A DNA stretch of 12,857 nucleotides from Candidatus Bathyarchaeota archaeon (GTDB lineage Archaea > Thermoproteota > Bathyarchaeia > Bathyarchaeales > Bathycorpusculaceae), in the NCBI GenBank assembly GCA_963739305.1, contig CAVTZU010000021.1, positions 1-12,857 on the forward strand, in the 5' to 3' direction. Shown here piece by piece: positions 1 through 7,266 of this stretch (within the stretch, counting starts at the first letter, position 1; every line of letters starts with the position of its first letter). Under the pieces are notes generated by a model, which was not told the origin of the DNA, made no database searches, and saw only the letters and a program-made list of their open reading frames with translations. The translations under genes and the position numbers were made by a program.

Positions 1-107
1 GATAAGAAGCGCGCGCTATAAGCAGTTTTTCAGGCAGGTTGCCTGCAAAGAACGATTGAGGACAAACCGTTTTTAGACGATCTGTTCAATACATTTGTGA
101 TCGTTGG

Positions 108-548
108 ATGAGCACGAAGAGGAAGAGGTACGAGTTTCTGGAGCACACGGCAGATGCTTACGTTGCCGCGTATGGAAAGGATTTCGTTGAAGCTTTCGAA
201 AATGCTGCGGTGGCTATGTTCGACGTTATGACTGAGGTTGAGTCGGTGCATCCAAATGTTGAGGATCAAGTTGAGGCGAAAGGTGATGATGAGTATGCGC
301 TTCTGTACAGTTGGCTTGAGGCTTTGCTCGTGAAATCCGAGACACAAAGAATGCTTTACTCCAAGTTCAGGATTTCAGAGCTCAATCGAGATTCCGATGG
401 GTTTAAGCTGAGAGCAAGAATATGGGGAGAAGAGTTTGACGCGAAGAGACATTTGCAGAAGGTGGGCGTCAAAGCCGTGACCTACCATCGCATGGAGATA
501 AACAAAGCTCCAGGAAAGGTCACGTTGAAGTTCATCCTAGATATCTAG
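108..548 (+). CDS. Archease (RtcB activating cofactor)
   Basis: N-terminal YEFLEHTAD motif, C-terminal KAVTYH motif and terminal ...FILDI; 146 aa; rtcB nearby. Confidence 0.95.
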   Translation: MSTKRKRYEFLEHTADAYVAAYGKDFVEAFENAAVAMFDVMTEVESVHPNVEDQVEAKGDDEYALLYSWLEALLVKSETQRMLYSKFRISELNRDSDGFKLRARIWGEEFDAKRHLQKVGVKAVTYHRMEINKAPGKVTLKFILDI

Positions 549-633
549 AACTTTTCCATAGAAAGCTCTTGCAGAAGTCTTAAATGTTCCAAATCCATCG
601 ATTATCGGATTGGGAGACATAGGGAGTTTAGGT

Positions 634-861
634 ATGAGCAACTTCAAGAGCACAGCAGAGCGAATCAGACAGTTAGACAATGAACGCAGAAACCTTCTGT
701 TAGAGATTGAAGAGCTGAAAAAGATGGCTGATTCGAAGGCGAAGGCTCTTGAGAGCGAGGTCAGCATGCTCAGGGAGGAAGTGAGGTCGCTGAGGCTGAT
801 TCTTACCCCAAGCGACGCTGAGCCTGAACCTGAGTTGAAAAAGAAGCCCTTACGCAAGTAA
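634..861 (+). CDS. Small coiled-coil hypothetical protein (75 aa)
   Basis: ATG at 634 preceded by purine-rich GGGAG/AGGT; heptad-like L/I/E/K pattern (RIRQLDNERRNLLLEIEELKK...LESEVSMLREEVRSL); co-oriented with neighbours. Alternative TTG start at 610. Confidence 0.75.
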   Translation: MSNFKSTAERIRQLDNERRNLLLEIEELKKMADSKAKALESEVSMLREEVRSLRLILTPSDAEPEPELKKKPLRK

Positions 862-961
862 ACTGAGTTTCTAAGCTGTCAGCGTAAGGTGCGAACGAAA
901 ACGTTAAGAATAGTGAGCGGCGGCTCTAAGTCTCTATTGGAGCTCGGCGGTCTGGGGAGAT

Positions 962-1888
962 ATGCACGTAACGAAACTTGAAGAGCACGTTAATTTGATA
1001 GATGTCGAAACGGGTGGAATTGAAAACTTCATTGCGAGCTACGTGTTGAAGGGCAAGCAGGCCGCAATTGTTGAAACAGGTCCAACTTCATCCGTGCCAA
1101 ACCTTCTTGCTGGTTTGAAAGAACTCGACGTCAGGCTGGAAGAGGTCGCTTATGTTGCAGTGACGCATATCCATCTGGATCACGCGGGAGGCGTTGGAAC
1201 CCTTCTGAAGAGCTTGCCTAACGCGAGAGTCATTGTTCATCCGGCGGGTGCGCCGCATCTTGCGAACCCTCAGAAACTGTGGCAGCAGTCGATGCAAGTT
1301 CAAGGACGACAGATTGCAGACTTGTACGATGAACCTGAGCCTGTTCCGGCTGAAAGAATTGTTCCGACCAAAGACAGCATGATTTTTGATTTAGGAAATA
1401 ATGTTAGAATCAAGGTTGTTGAAACACTGGGACACGCTTCTCATCATCAGAGCTACATTGAAACGAGTGGTCTTGGGCTTTTTCCAGGAGATGCAGCGGG
1501 CATCTACTTCAAAAGTCTAGATGTTGTTGTGCCAACTACACCCGCACCTTTTTACCTAGAAAGCCAGCTAGCTTCCTTGGTGAAACTGATCGATCTTAAC
1601 CCAAAGAACCTGTACTACAGCCATTTTGGCAGAGCCACGGACGCGGTTGAAAAGCTCAAGACATACGGGGAGCAACTCAAACTATGGGTTTCAATCGCTG
1701 AGCAAGGATTCCAGAATCATCAGGATTTTGATGCTGTTCGCGACGAAATCGTGCGTAGAGACGAGTCTGTTCAGAAAGTTTTGCCGCTGATCAAGGATCA
1801 CCCGATCTTGAGGATGACTGTGCTTAACAACAGCGTTGAGGGCGTCGTAAAATACGTGGAAAGAATCCGAACCGCCCCGAAAAAGTAG
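962..1888 (+). CDS. MBL-fold metallo-hydrolase (glyoxalase II-like superfamily)
   Basis: THIHLDHAGG (HxHxDH), GHASHH, GDAAG and late SHFG metal-binding motifs; GGGGAG upstream of the ATG. Confidence 0.92.
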   Translation: MHVTKLEEHVNLIDVETGGIENFIASYVLKGKQAAIVETGPTSSVPNLLAGLKELDVRLEEVAYVAVTHIHLDHAGGVGTLLKSLPNARVIVHPAGAPHLANPQKLWQQSMQVQGRQIADLYDEPEPVPAERIVPTKDSMIFDLGNNVRIKVVETLGHASHHQSYIETSGLGLFPGDAAGIYFKSLDVVVPTTPAPFYLESQLASLVKLIDLNPKNLYYSHFGRATDAVEKLKTYGEQLKLWVSIAEQGFQNHQDFDAVRDEIVRRDESVQKVLPLIKDHPILRMTVLNNSVEGVVKYVERIRTAPKK

Positions 1889-1915
1889 TTGTCTCCCCTG
1901 TTTTCCTCAACATCA

Positions 1916-1960
1916 TTTATATTTCTGCTTAGTCACGTTTTCCTATAACAACCAGGTGAG
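1916..1960 (+). promoter_or_regulatory. Putative TATA box and Shine-Dalgarno for rtcB
   Basis: TTTATAT at 1916-1922; GGTGAG at 1955-1960 just before TTG 1964. Confidence 0.5.
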
Positions 1961-1963
1961 ACA

Positions 1964-3442
1964 TTGGGGGAAGAAGGAAGTCGGGCTCCAAGAGAGACAG
2001 TTCCAATTCAAAAGATAGACGATTACTCGTGGGCTATTCCCAAGTACAAGCCGGGCATGCGCGTTCCAGGACTGGTCTTCGCAAACAAAGACCTGCTTGA
2101 GAAGATGAGGACCGATCGAACGCTTCAGCAATGCGCTAACGTGGCGCATCTTCCAGGGATCTATCGGCACGCCATAACGTTGCCTGATGGACATGAAGGA
2201 TACGGTTTCCCGATCGGAGGAGTTGCTGCAACCGACTATGATGAAGGTGTTATAAGCCCCGGCGGCGTCGGCTACGACATTAATTGTGGCGTCCGCCTCG
2301 TTACGACGAACCTTCTGGAGAAGGATATCAGGCCCTGGCTTCCTCAACTCGCAGAGACCATTTTCGCCAATGTTCCCAGTGGGCTGGGAAGTCGTAGAAA
2401 AGACCTCAAGGTGTCTATGCAAGACTTGGATAGGCTGAGCACTGAAGGTGTTCAGTGGGCTATCAACAAGGGACTCGGTTGGGCTGGCGATGCTGACCAC
2501 TGCGAAGAGAACGGGTGCATGAAGAATGCAGATCCCGATATGGTTTCGTCAAACGCCAAGAACAGAGGGTTAACCCAGATAGGCACGTTGGGGTCGGGCA
2601 ACCATTTTCTAGAGATTCAGAAGGTCGACAAGATCTTTGACCCTGCAACAGCCAAAACGTTCGGAATCGAACAGGAAGGGCAAGCGACGCTGATGATTCA
2701 CTGTGGTTCAAGAGGCTTTGGTCATCAGATATGCTCGGATTACCTGCGGGTCATGGAACACGCGGTTCAAAAGTACAAGATTGTCCTGCCCGACAGGGAG
2801 CTTGCGTGCGCGCCTGGAAAAAGCCAAGAGGCCGAAGACTATTACACGGCGATGGCGTGCGCCGTGAACTACGCTTTCGTTAACCGACAGACGATTCTTC
2901 ACTGGGTTCGCCAAAGCTTTCGCCAAGTGTTCAAGAAGGACGCCGAAAACTTCGGGCTGAAGCTCGTTTATGACGTGGCTCACAACATTGCCAAGATAGA
3001 AAACCATGACATCGAAGGCACTAGGAAGAAGGTTTGGGTTCACAGAAAGGGTGCGACACGAGCATTTCCCCCTGGGCATGCAGAAATTCCGGCTGACTAC
3101 CGTTCTGCTGGGCAGCCTGTTCTGATTCCTGGAAGCATGGGAACGAGCAGTTGGCTCTTAGTGGGCAGGGACAAAGCTATGCAAACCACGTTCGGCTCGA
3201 CTGCACATGGTGCAGGACGAATGATGAGCAGAAGTGCAGCTAAACGAAATTACTGGGGCAGTGACATAAAGCAGGCCTTGGAGAAGCGCGGCATCTACGT
3301 GCGTGCTGCAAGTGCAATCGTACTAGCTGAAGAGGCCGATCCTGCCTACAAGAACGTTGACGTTGTCGTTGAAGTGAGCGACAAGGTTGGAATCGCGACC
3401 AAAGTGGCGAGGTTTGTTCCGATGGCCGTCGTAAAAGGTTAG
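1964..3442 (+). CDS. rtcB: RtcB RNA-splicing ligase (3'-phosphate/5'-OH RNA ligase), archaeal type, no intein
   Basis: LPDGHEGYGFPIGG, GYDINCGVR, GTLGSGNHFLEIQ, IHCGSRG, YDVAHN, HRKGATRAF, PGSMG, AHGAGR, EEA..AYK; 492 aa; TTG start with SD. Confidence 0.97.
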   Translation: MGEEGSRAPRETVPIQKIDDYSWAIPKYKPGMRVPGLVFANKDLLEKMRTDRTLQQCANVAHLPGIYRHAITLPDGHEGYGFPIGGVAATDYDEGVISPGGVGYDINCGVRLVTTNLLEKDIRPWLPQLAETIFANVPSGLGSRRKDLKVSMQDLDRLSTEGVQWAINKGLGWAGDADHCEENGCMKNADPDMVSSNAKNRGLTQIGTLGSGNHFLEIQKVDKIFDPATAKTFGIEQEGQATLMIHCGSRGFGHQICSDYLRVMEHAVQKYKIVLPDRELACAPGKSQEAEDYYTAMACAVNYAFVNRQTILHWVRQSFRQVFKKDAENFGLKLVYDVAHNIAKIENHDIEGTRKKVWVHRKGATRAFPPGHAEIPADYRSAGQPVLIPGSMGTSSWLLVGRDKAMQTTFGSTAHGAGRMMSRSAAKRNYWGSDIKQALEKRGIYVRAASAIVLAEEADPAYKNVDVVVEVSDKVGIATKVARFVPMAVVKG

Positions 3443-3448
3443 ACTGTT

Positions 3449-3883
3449 CTATCTGTATTCTCCGTTTTTCCTATCTATGAGTTCGGAATATCCGATTTCA
3501 GCTTCCACTCCGCTGTTCTTCTCCGTTTCAGTCTTCTTCCCTTCTCGCAGTTTTCGTTCATCCATGAAGTGGGCTTTGTGAAGTTCTTGCATGTACCACT
3601 TTCTTTCTCTAGCATAGTGGATTCCCAAGGCGATTCCAGTGATCATCAAGGTCATTCCTGCAGACGTCAGTGAAAGGCTCAGAAGACTGTAGGGGTGTGG
3701 TGTGAGGTGATATGGAATTATGAGAAACCATTCAGGGTTCTGGACGGTCGCTACCGTTACAAGAAGCCCTCCGATGAAGAATACTGATCCGATCATCAGC
3801 GTGAAGTAGCCTATGGTCTCATTGTGTCGCGATTCTTCTGCTTTCTCGTGGAGATACTCACTGAAAAACAAACCATTCCACAC
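3449..3883 (-). CDS. Hypothetical membrane protein (2 predicted TM helices, charged C-terminal tail)
   Basis: Hydrophobic stretches IGYFTLMIGSVFFIGGLLVTVA and LLSLSLTSAGMTLMITGIALGI; TATA-like AATTAAAC on the minus strand (3903-3910) about 20 nt before the GTG start; converges on rtcB with a 6-nt gap. Confidence 0.75.
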   Translation of the reverse strand: MWNGLFFSEYLHEKAEESRHNETIGYFTLMIGSVFFIGGLLVTVATVQNPEWFLIIPYHLTPHPYSLLSLSLTSAGMTLMITGIALGIHYARERKWYMQELHKAHFMDERKLREGKKTETEKNSGVEAEIGYSELIDRKNGEYR

Positions 3884-3956
3884 ACGTAGTGTGCAAGCAC
3901 GTGTTTAATTCTGTTATGAATCTCAAGTACACGTTGAATTCAGCATCAGAGCGACC

Positions 3957-3963
3957 TTTATAT
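3957..3963 (+). promoter_or_regulatory. Putative TATA box for the Zn-finger/DUF7662-like gene (divergent promoter region)
   Basis: TTTATAT in the intergenic region between divergent genes. Confidence 0.45.
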
Positions 3964-4018
3964 CAACAGGCATTCACTAATTCATTTTACGTCGTTTAGC
4001 ATTTGTGTGAGGCCTCAG

Positions 4019-4684
4019 ATGCCGTTCAAGGATGAGTGCGGAATCTGCAAACGCGTTCTCCCCGCAACCTACCTGAGGCGATGCCAAAGATGCGGCAAAT
4101 TATACTGTAGAGACTGCATGATTCCAGACGTCACCACGGGCGATGTGCGTCGGCTCTTCTGTCTAAATTGTGCAAGAAGAACGGTTTCACCCGCGACTGT
4201 TTCAAAGTACAATGGTTTAACAGGGTACCTGCGGTTCAGAGGAGCGTTTACTTCTACTGTGAAATTGACTTTTGCACGGATGGACGGTTTGATCGGCGAG
4301 AACTTGCCGATGGGTGCCTACCGCAGTGAAGCTTGGTGGGAGAATTCACCGACTGCCCCTCATGCGCGAGGTTGGTTGGACGCCGGTTGGGAGGTTCAAG
4401 AAGTCAACTTGAAAGAAGGCTGCGTAGTTTTCAAGAAAGTCAGGCAGATGCCGCCTAGAAAAAAGTCACTCTCCAGCCAAATCAAGAAGCCGTTCACTCC
4501 TGTTCGCGTCAGAATCCCCAAGCCCAAGACGCCTTCCAAGACAAAGATATCAAAAATGTATGCTAGAATCAAGAATGTTGAGCGGCAGCGGACTGCAATG
4601 CCTTCTTTTCATGGAAGCTTCAAACCGAGGCCGAAATATGAGAAAAGACTGTTCAAGCCTGACGAGAAACCTGGTAAGGATTGA
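4019..4684 (+). CDS. 8-Cys Zn-finger + DUF7662-like domain protein with basic C-terminal tail
   Basis: CxxC-x11-CxxC-x4-CxxC-x14-CxxC; then SKY..L..YL...V.LTF...LIG..LP..A...WW.N....A.GWL.AGW.V..V.L...V.F, a pattern I recall as DUF7662; K/R/P-rich tail. ATG 4019 follows GTGAGG; alternative GTG at 4007. Confidence 0.8.
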   Translation: MPFKDECGICKRVLPATYLRRCQRCGKLYCRDCMIPDVTTGDVRRLFCLNCARRTVSPATVSKYNGLTGYLRFRGAFTSTVKLTFARMDGLIGENLPMGAYRSEAWWENSPTAPHARGWLDAGWEVQEVNLKEGCVVFKKVRQMPPRKKSLSSQIKKPFTPVRVRIPKPKTPSKTKISKMYARIKNVERQRTAMPSFHGSFKPRPKYEKRLFKPDEKPGKD

Positions 4685-4685
4685 A

Positions 4686-4696
4686 AAGAAATCTTA
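4686..4696 (+). repeat. 11-bp direct repeat AAGAAATCTTA, left copy
   Basis: Identical to 8013-8023; lies 1 nt after the stop codon of the Zn-finger gene, where composition becomes AT-richer. Confidence 0.5.
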
Positions 4697-4768
4697 GCTG
4701 AAAAAGCCTGCCCTATTATGTAATTATAGATAGCCTTTTTAGGCATATTCAACCTAGAATAGTTTTTC

Positions 4769-5665
4769 ATGTCTGTGACTAATGTCTACAATAGTTCATA
4801 TGGCCAGATCAAGAAACGTGTCGCAGAATATAACATTCGTTACGTTTTAGCGGTTTTTACTTCTTTCATACTCACTATTCTTTTCGTTTTCAGTCTTCTC
4901 CCGCTGATTCCTTTTGCGATTGCCCTCTATTTTGGGTTCGATGTAAGGTATGTTTGGGTTATCTGTCTGATGATTTTCGGTTTGGCTTTCTGGTTATCGA
5001 GCAAGCTAATCCGCAAGATCAATTTGAAATACGGGATTACGTTAGAAGAGAAAATGTTTCTCCGTGCATATGAATCTTTGAAATTTCTCGAAGAATATCT
5101 GAATCCTTCACATCCAATACGGAGCAGCAGAATGAAAGCAGGAAGAAAGTTGGAAAGAATCTACGACCTATTGCAATTGAATGAGTGGAGTATTCCGAAC
5201 ATATCCATAATGCGGGAGGAAAGAGAAGCACTCGCCACCTTTCAATCGAATCTGAAGAAGCAATTGATTCCCGCAATAGAGAAAACCTCAAAGGGTGACG
5301 ACAAAGACAAAAAGAATTTAGAAACTAGTCTTTCACTATTACTCGGATTAATCGAATATACAATTCACCCTCATCTCGACGGGCTCAAGAAGGTGAATGA
5401 AAACATGCATTTGCTGGATGTAAAAGCAGAGAGAGACATTTTACGCAGCATTAGACTAGGAATTTGGAGGCCTTCAAATTGGAAATACCTTCTAGTGCTT
5501 TTTTCTGTTATAGCCGCTGGCGTAGTTGCATACCTCCTTGACCTGAATTACTTTGGAGCGAAACCCTCTGAAGCTTTTTCAATACTGATCATGGTGTTTC
5601 TCGGGATAATCACCATTTTTGCTGCCTATTTCGGTGCGACTCGAGCAATACGCCCTAAAACCTGA
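4769..5665 (+). CDS. Hypothetical 4-TM membrane protein (2 TM + ~155-aa soluble helical domain + 2 TM)
   Basis: 298-aa ORF; hydrophobic segments near both termini; TATA-like TTTTTAG at 4736-4742 about 26 nt before the ATG (leaderless geometry). Confidence 0.8.
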   Translation: MSVTNVYNSSYGQIKKRVAEYNIRYVLAVFTSFILTILFVFSLLPLIPFAIALYFGFDVRYVWVICLMIFGLAFWLSSKLIRKINLKYGITLEEKMFLRAYESLKFLEEYLNPSHPIRSSRMKAGRKLERIYDLLQLNEWSIPNISIMREEREALATFQSNLKKQLIPAIEKTSKGDDKDKKNLETSLSLLLGLIEYTIHPHLDGLKKVNENMHLLDVKAERDILRSIRLGIWRPSNWKYLLVLFSVIAAGVVAYLLDLNYFGAKPSEAFSILIMVFLGIITIFAAYFGATRAIRPKT

Positions 5666-5727
5666 CTGTCCAAAGATGACTCGAAACAAATCCGACGTGC
5701 GTTGAATTCTTCGCCGATAGATTTTTC

Positions 5728-5735
5728 TTATAAAA
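5728..5735 (+). promoter_or_regulatory. TATA box of the TIR gene
   Basis: TTATAAAA ending 24 nt before ATG 5760 (leaderless geometry). Confidence 0.6.
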
Positions 5736-5759
5736 GCATTCCTACTAGACTTGATCCAA

Positions 5760-6694
5760 ATGCCCTATTATTACGTATTAATCACGTACGTTTCCAAGTT
5801 GACCCAAAAACTAGTGACCGCGGGTTTTTACGATTTGTCAGAAGAGAGACTGCGGAAGGCAATTGTTCAGCCTTACTTGAATGGTCAACAGTTTTTCTTA
5901 GGCGGTAGATGTATTGATCCCCATCTAATAGAGACCATAAAAATATACGAAACGGAGGAGAAGGTCAAGCTCCTTTCGGAAAAAGAATCCTGCGATGTCG
6001 ATATCATCCTTGAGGAAATCATTGACGGTGAAAGAGGCAAATTCGTAACTGACTTTTTTATCACGGTACCACCTACGACGGCATCGAAGAATAAAACAGA
6101 GAGAAAACTCACAAAGAAAGTATTCTTGGTTCATGGTAGAGACCTCAAACCTATGGAAGAATTGAAGAATATCCTCAAAGAATTCGGCCTTATTCCGATA
6201 GTACTTCATGAGCAACCAAGCGGGAGCCGAACCATAGTTGAGAAACTAGAGAAGCATTCAGATGTCGGCTATGCATTCGTCATTCTTTCTCCAGACGACA
6301 TCGGCGTCTCATTTCAAGACCTTTTTGAGAAGACCGCCAAAACTAGCTATGAAGATAAGGCACTGGATTCAGCGCGGAGGATACTGGAACAGACTCAAGG
6401 AAATATCGAGAGATTTATCGAGTTCAATGAGAAATTCATACACGACCGAGGAGATGCTTCGGATTTTTTGCGGTTCCTAGCTCCCCGAGCACGCCAGAAT
6501 GTTGTCTTGGAATTCGGTTATTTTATTGGCTTGTTGGGTCGGGACAGAGTGGCTGTCTCCACAAAGGAAATGTCGAGCTGCCTTCTGATATGCATGGAAT
6601 AGTGTACATACCTTTTGAGAATTCAATTGAAGAAGTTCGCAGCAAAATAGTGAAAGAATTGAAAGAAGCTGGCTATAAACTGCCGTCAGTTTGA
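5760..6694 (+). pseudogene. TIR-domain nucleotide-binding protein (Cap12/Pycsar-type TIR) with a single-base frameshift near 6552 (real or sequencing error)
   Basis: KKVFLVHGRD, PIVLHEQPSGSRTIVEKLE, YAFVILSPDD, RARQNVVLEFGYFIGLLGRDRV. The expected continuation CLHKGNVELPSDMHGIVYIPF...KELKEAGYKLPSV* lies in the -1 frame (stop 6692-6694). Repaired length 311 aa. Confidence 0.88.
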
Positions 6695-6723
6695 TGGTCT
6701 TTGATTGAGGAGGTGAAAGGAAC

Positions 6724-6975
6724 TTGGAAGATCAATTTATGAAAGAATGTCCATACTGTGATTATGCTGATCATCTAGCTTTGTTTATTGCACCCCTTAA
6801 GTACATTCCACAAGGTGAAAAAAACCCTGAAAAAAAGCCAAGAAAAAGAACAACTGACAGATATTTAGTCTGTCCTGATCACAAATGTGGTAAGATCATT
6901 GGCATAATTTCACAAGAGGAAGCAAACGCAGCATATGAGGACTTCACAAGTAGAACACGCGAAAATTTAGGTTGA
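6724..6975 (+). CDS. Small Zn-ribbon-like hypothetical protein (83 aa)
   Basis: CPYC ... CPDHKC cysteine pairs; strong SD GGAGGTGA (6709-6716) 7 nt before TTG 6724. Confidence 0.7.
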   Translation: MEDQFMKECPYCDYADHLALFIAPLKYIPQGEKNPEKKPRKRTTDRYLVCPDHKCGKIIGIISQEEANAAYEDFTSRTRENLG

Positions 6976-7095
6976 TAACTCTCTAAACAGCAAGTCTGGC
7001 GTGAACTGATTCTCCGTTGATTCTTTGAGATAGATGGATAGCATCCTAGACTAGCCGAACCAACCATAAACTAGCCTACTCTCCTTCTACTTTCA

Positions 7096-7123
7096 CAATT
7101 TGATAATCATAATTATTAATTGT
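7096..7123. other. dif/Xer-like 11-6-11 site (CAATTTGATAA-TCATAA-TTATTAATTGT)
   Basis: Inner ATAA-N6-TTAT core typical of dif sites; 7 of 11 arm positions are symmetric; the very AT-rich context lowers specificity. Confidence 0.3.
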
Positions 7124-7240
7124 CATGTACTAATAGTAAGCCAAAGTCTAGCCTTCAAATCATAAAAGCGAACTATATCAGCCTTCTTCACTCTACTGCG
7201 ATCTTAGCAGTCTTTTAGCCTTATCCTGCATCTTAAGATT

Positions 7241-7260
7241 AAGGAAGGAAAAGCCAAAAA
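7241..7260 (-). terminator. Putative oligo-T/pyrimidine terminator
   Basis: Minus strand reads TTTTTGGCTTTTCCTTCCTT just after the stop of the 7267-7842 gene. Confidence 0.4.
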
Positions 7261-7266
7261 TTGAGG

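Noticed and set aside
1-21. Possible 3' end of an upstream gene (DKKRAL*)
   Set aside because: Too short to support a call.
31-46. Small hairpin CAGGCA-GGT-TGCCTG
   Set aside because: A 6-bp stem is expected by chance, and there is no functional context.
30-857. Antisense ORFs 30-347 and 537-857, and the 12-bp palindrome CTAGATATCTAG at 537-548
   Set aside because: The ORFs are shadows of archease and the coiled-coil gene. The palindrome follows from the L-D-I-stop codons.
1943-3079. Antisense ORFs inside rtcB, and a possible RtcB intein
   Set aside because: The ORFs are shadows with no motifs. RtcB is of normal length and continuous through DINCG.
5037-6480. Short alternative-frame and antisense ORFs within the 4-TM and TIR genes
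   Set aside because: They overlap better-supported genes and have no motifs.
6879-7067. Minus-strand 62-aa ORF, and a possible C/D box sRNA in the 6976-7266 gap
   Set aside because: The ORF overlaps the Zn-ribbon gene antisense. There is no convincing RTGATGA/CTGA box arrangement.
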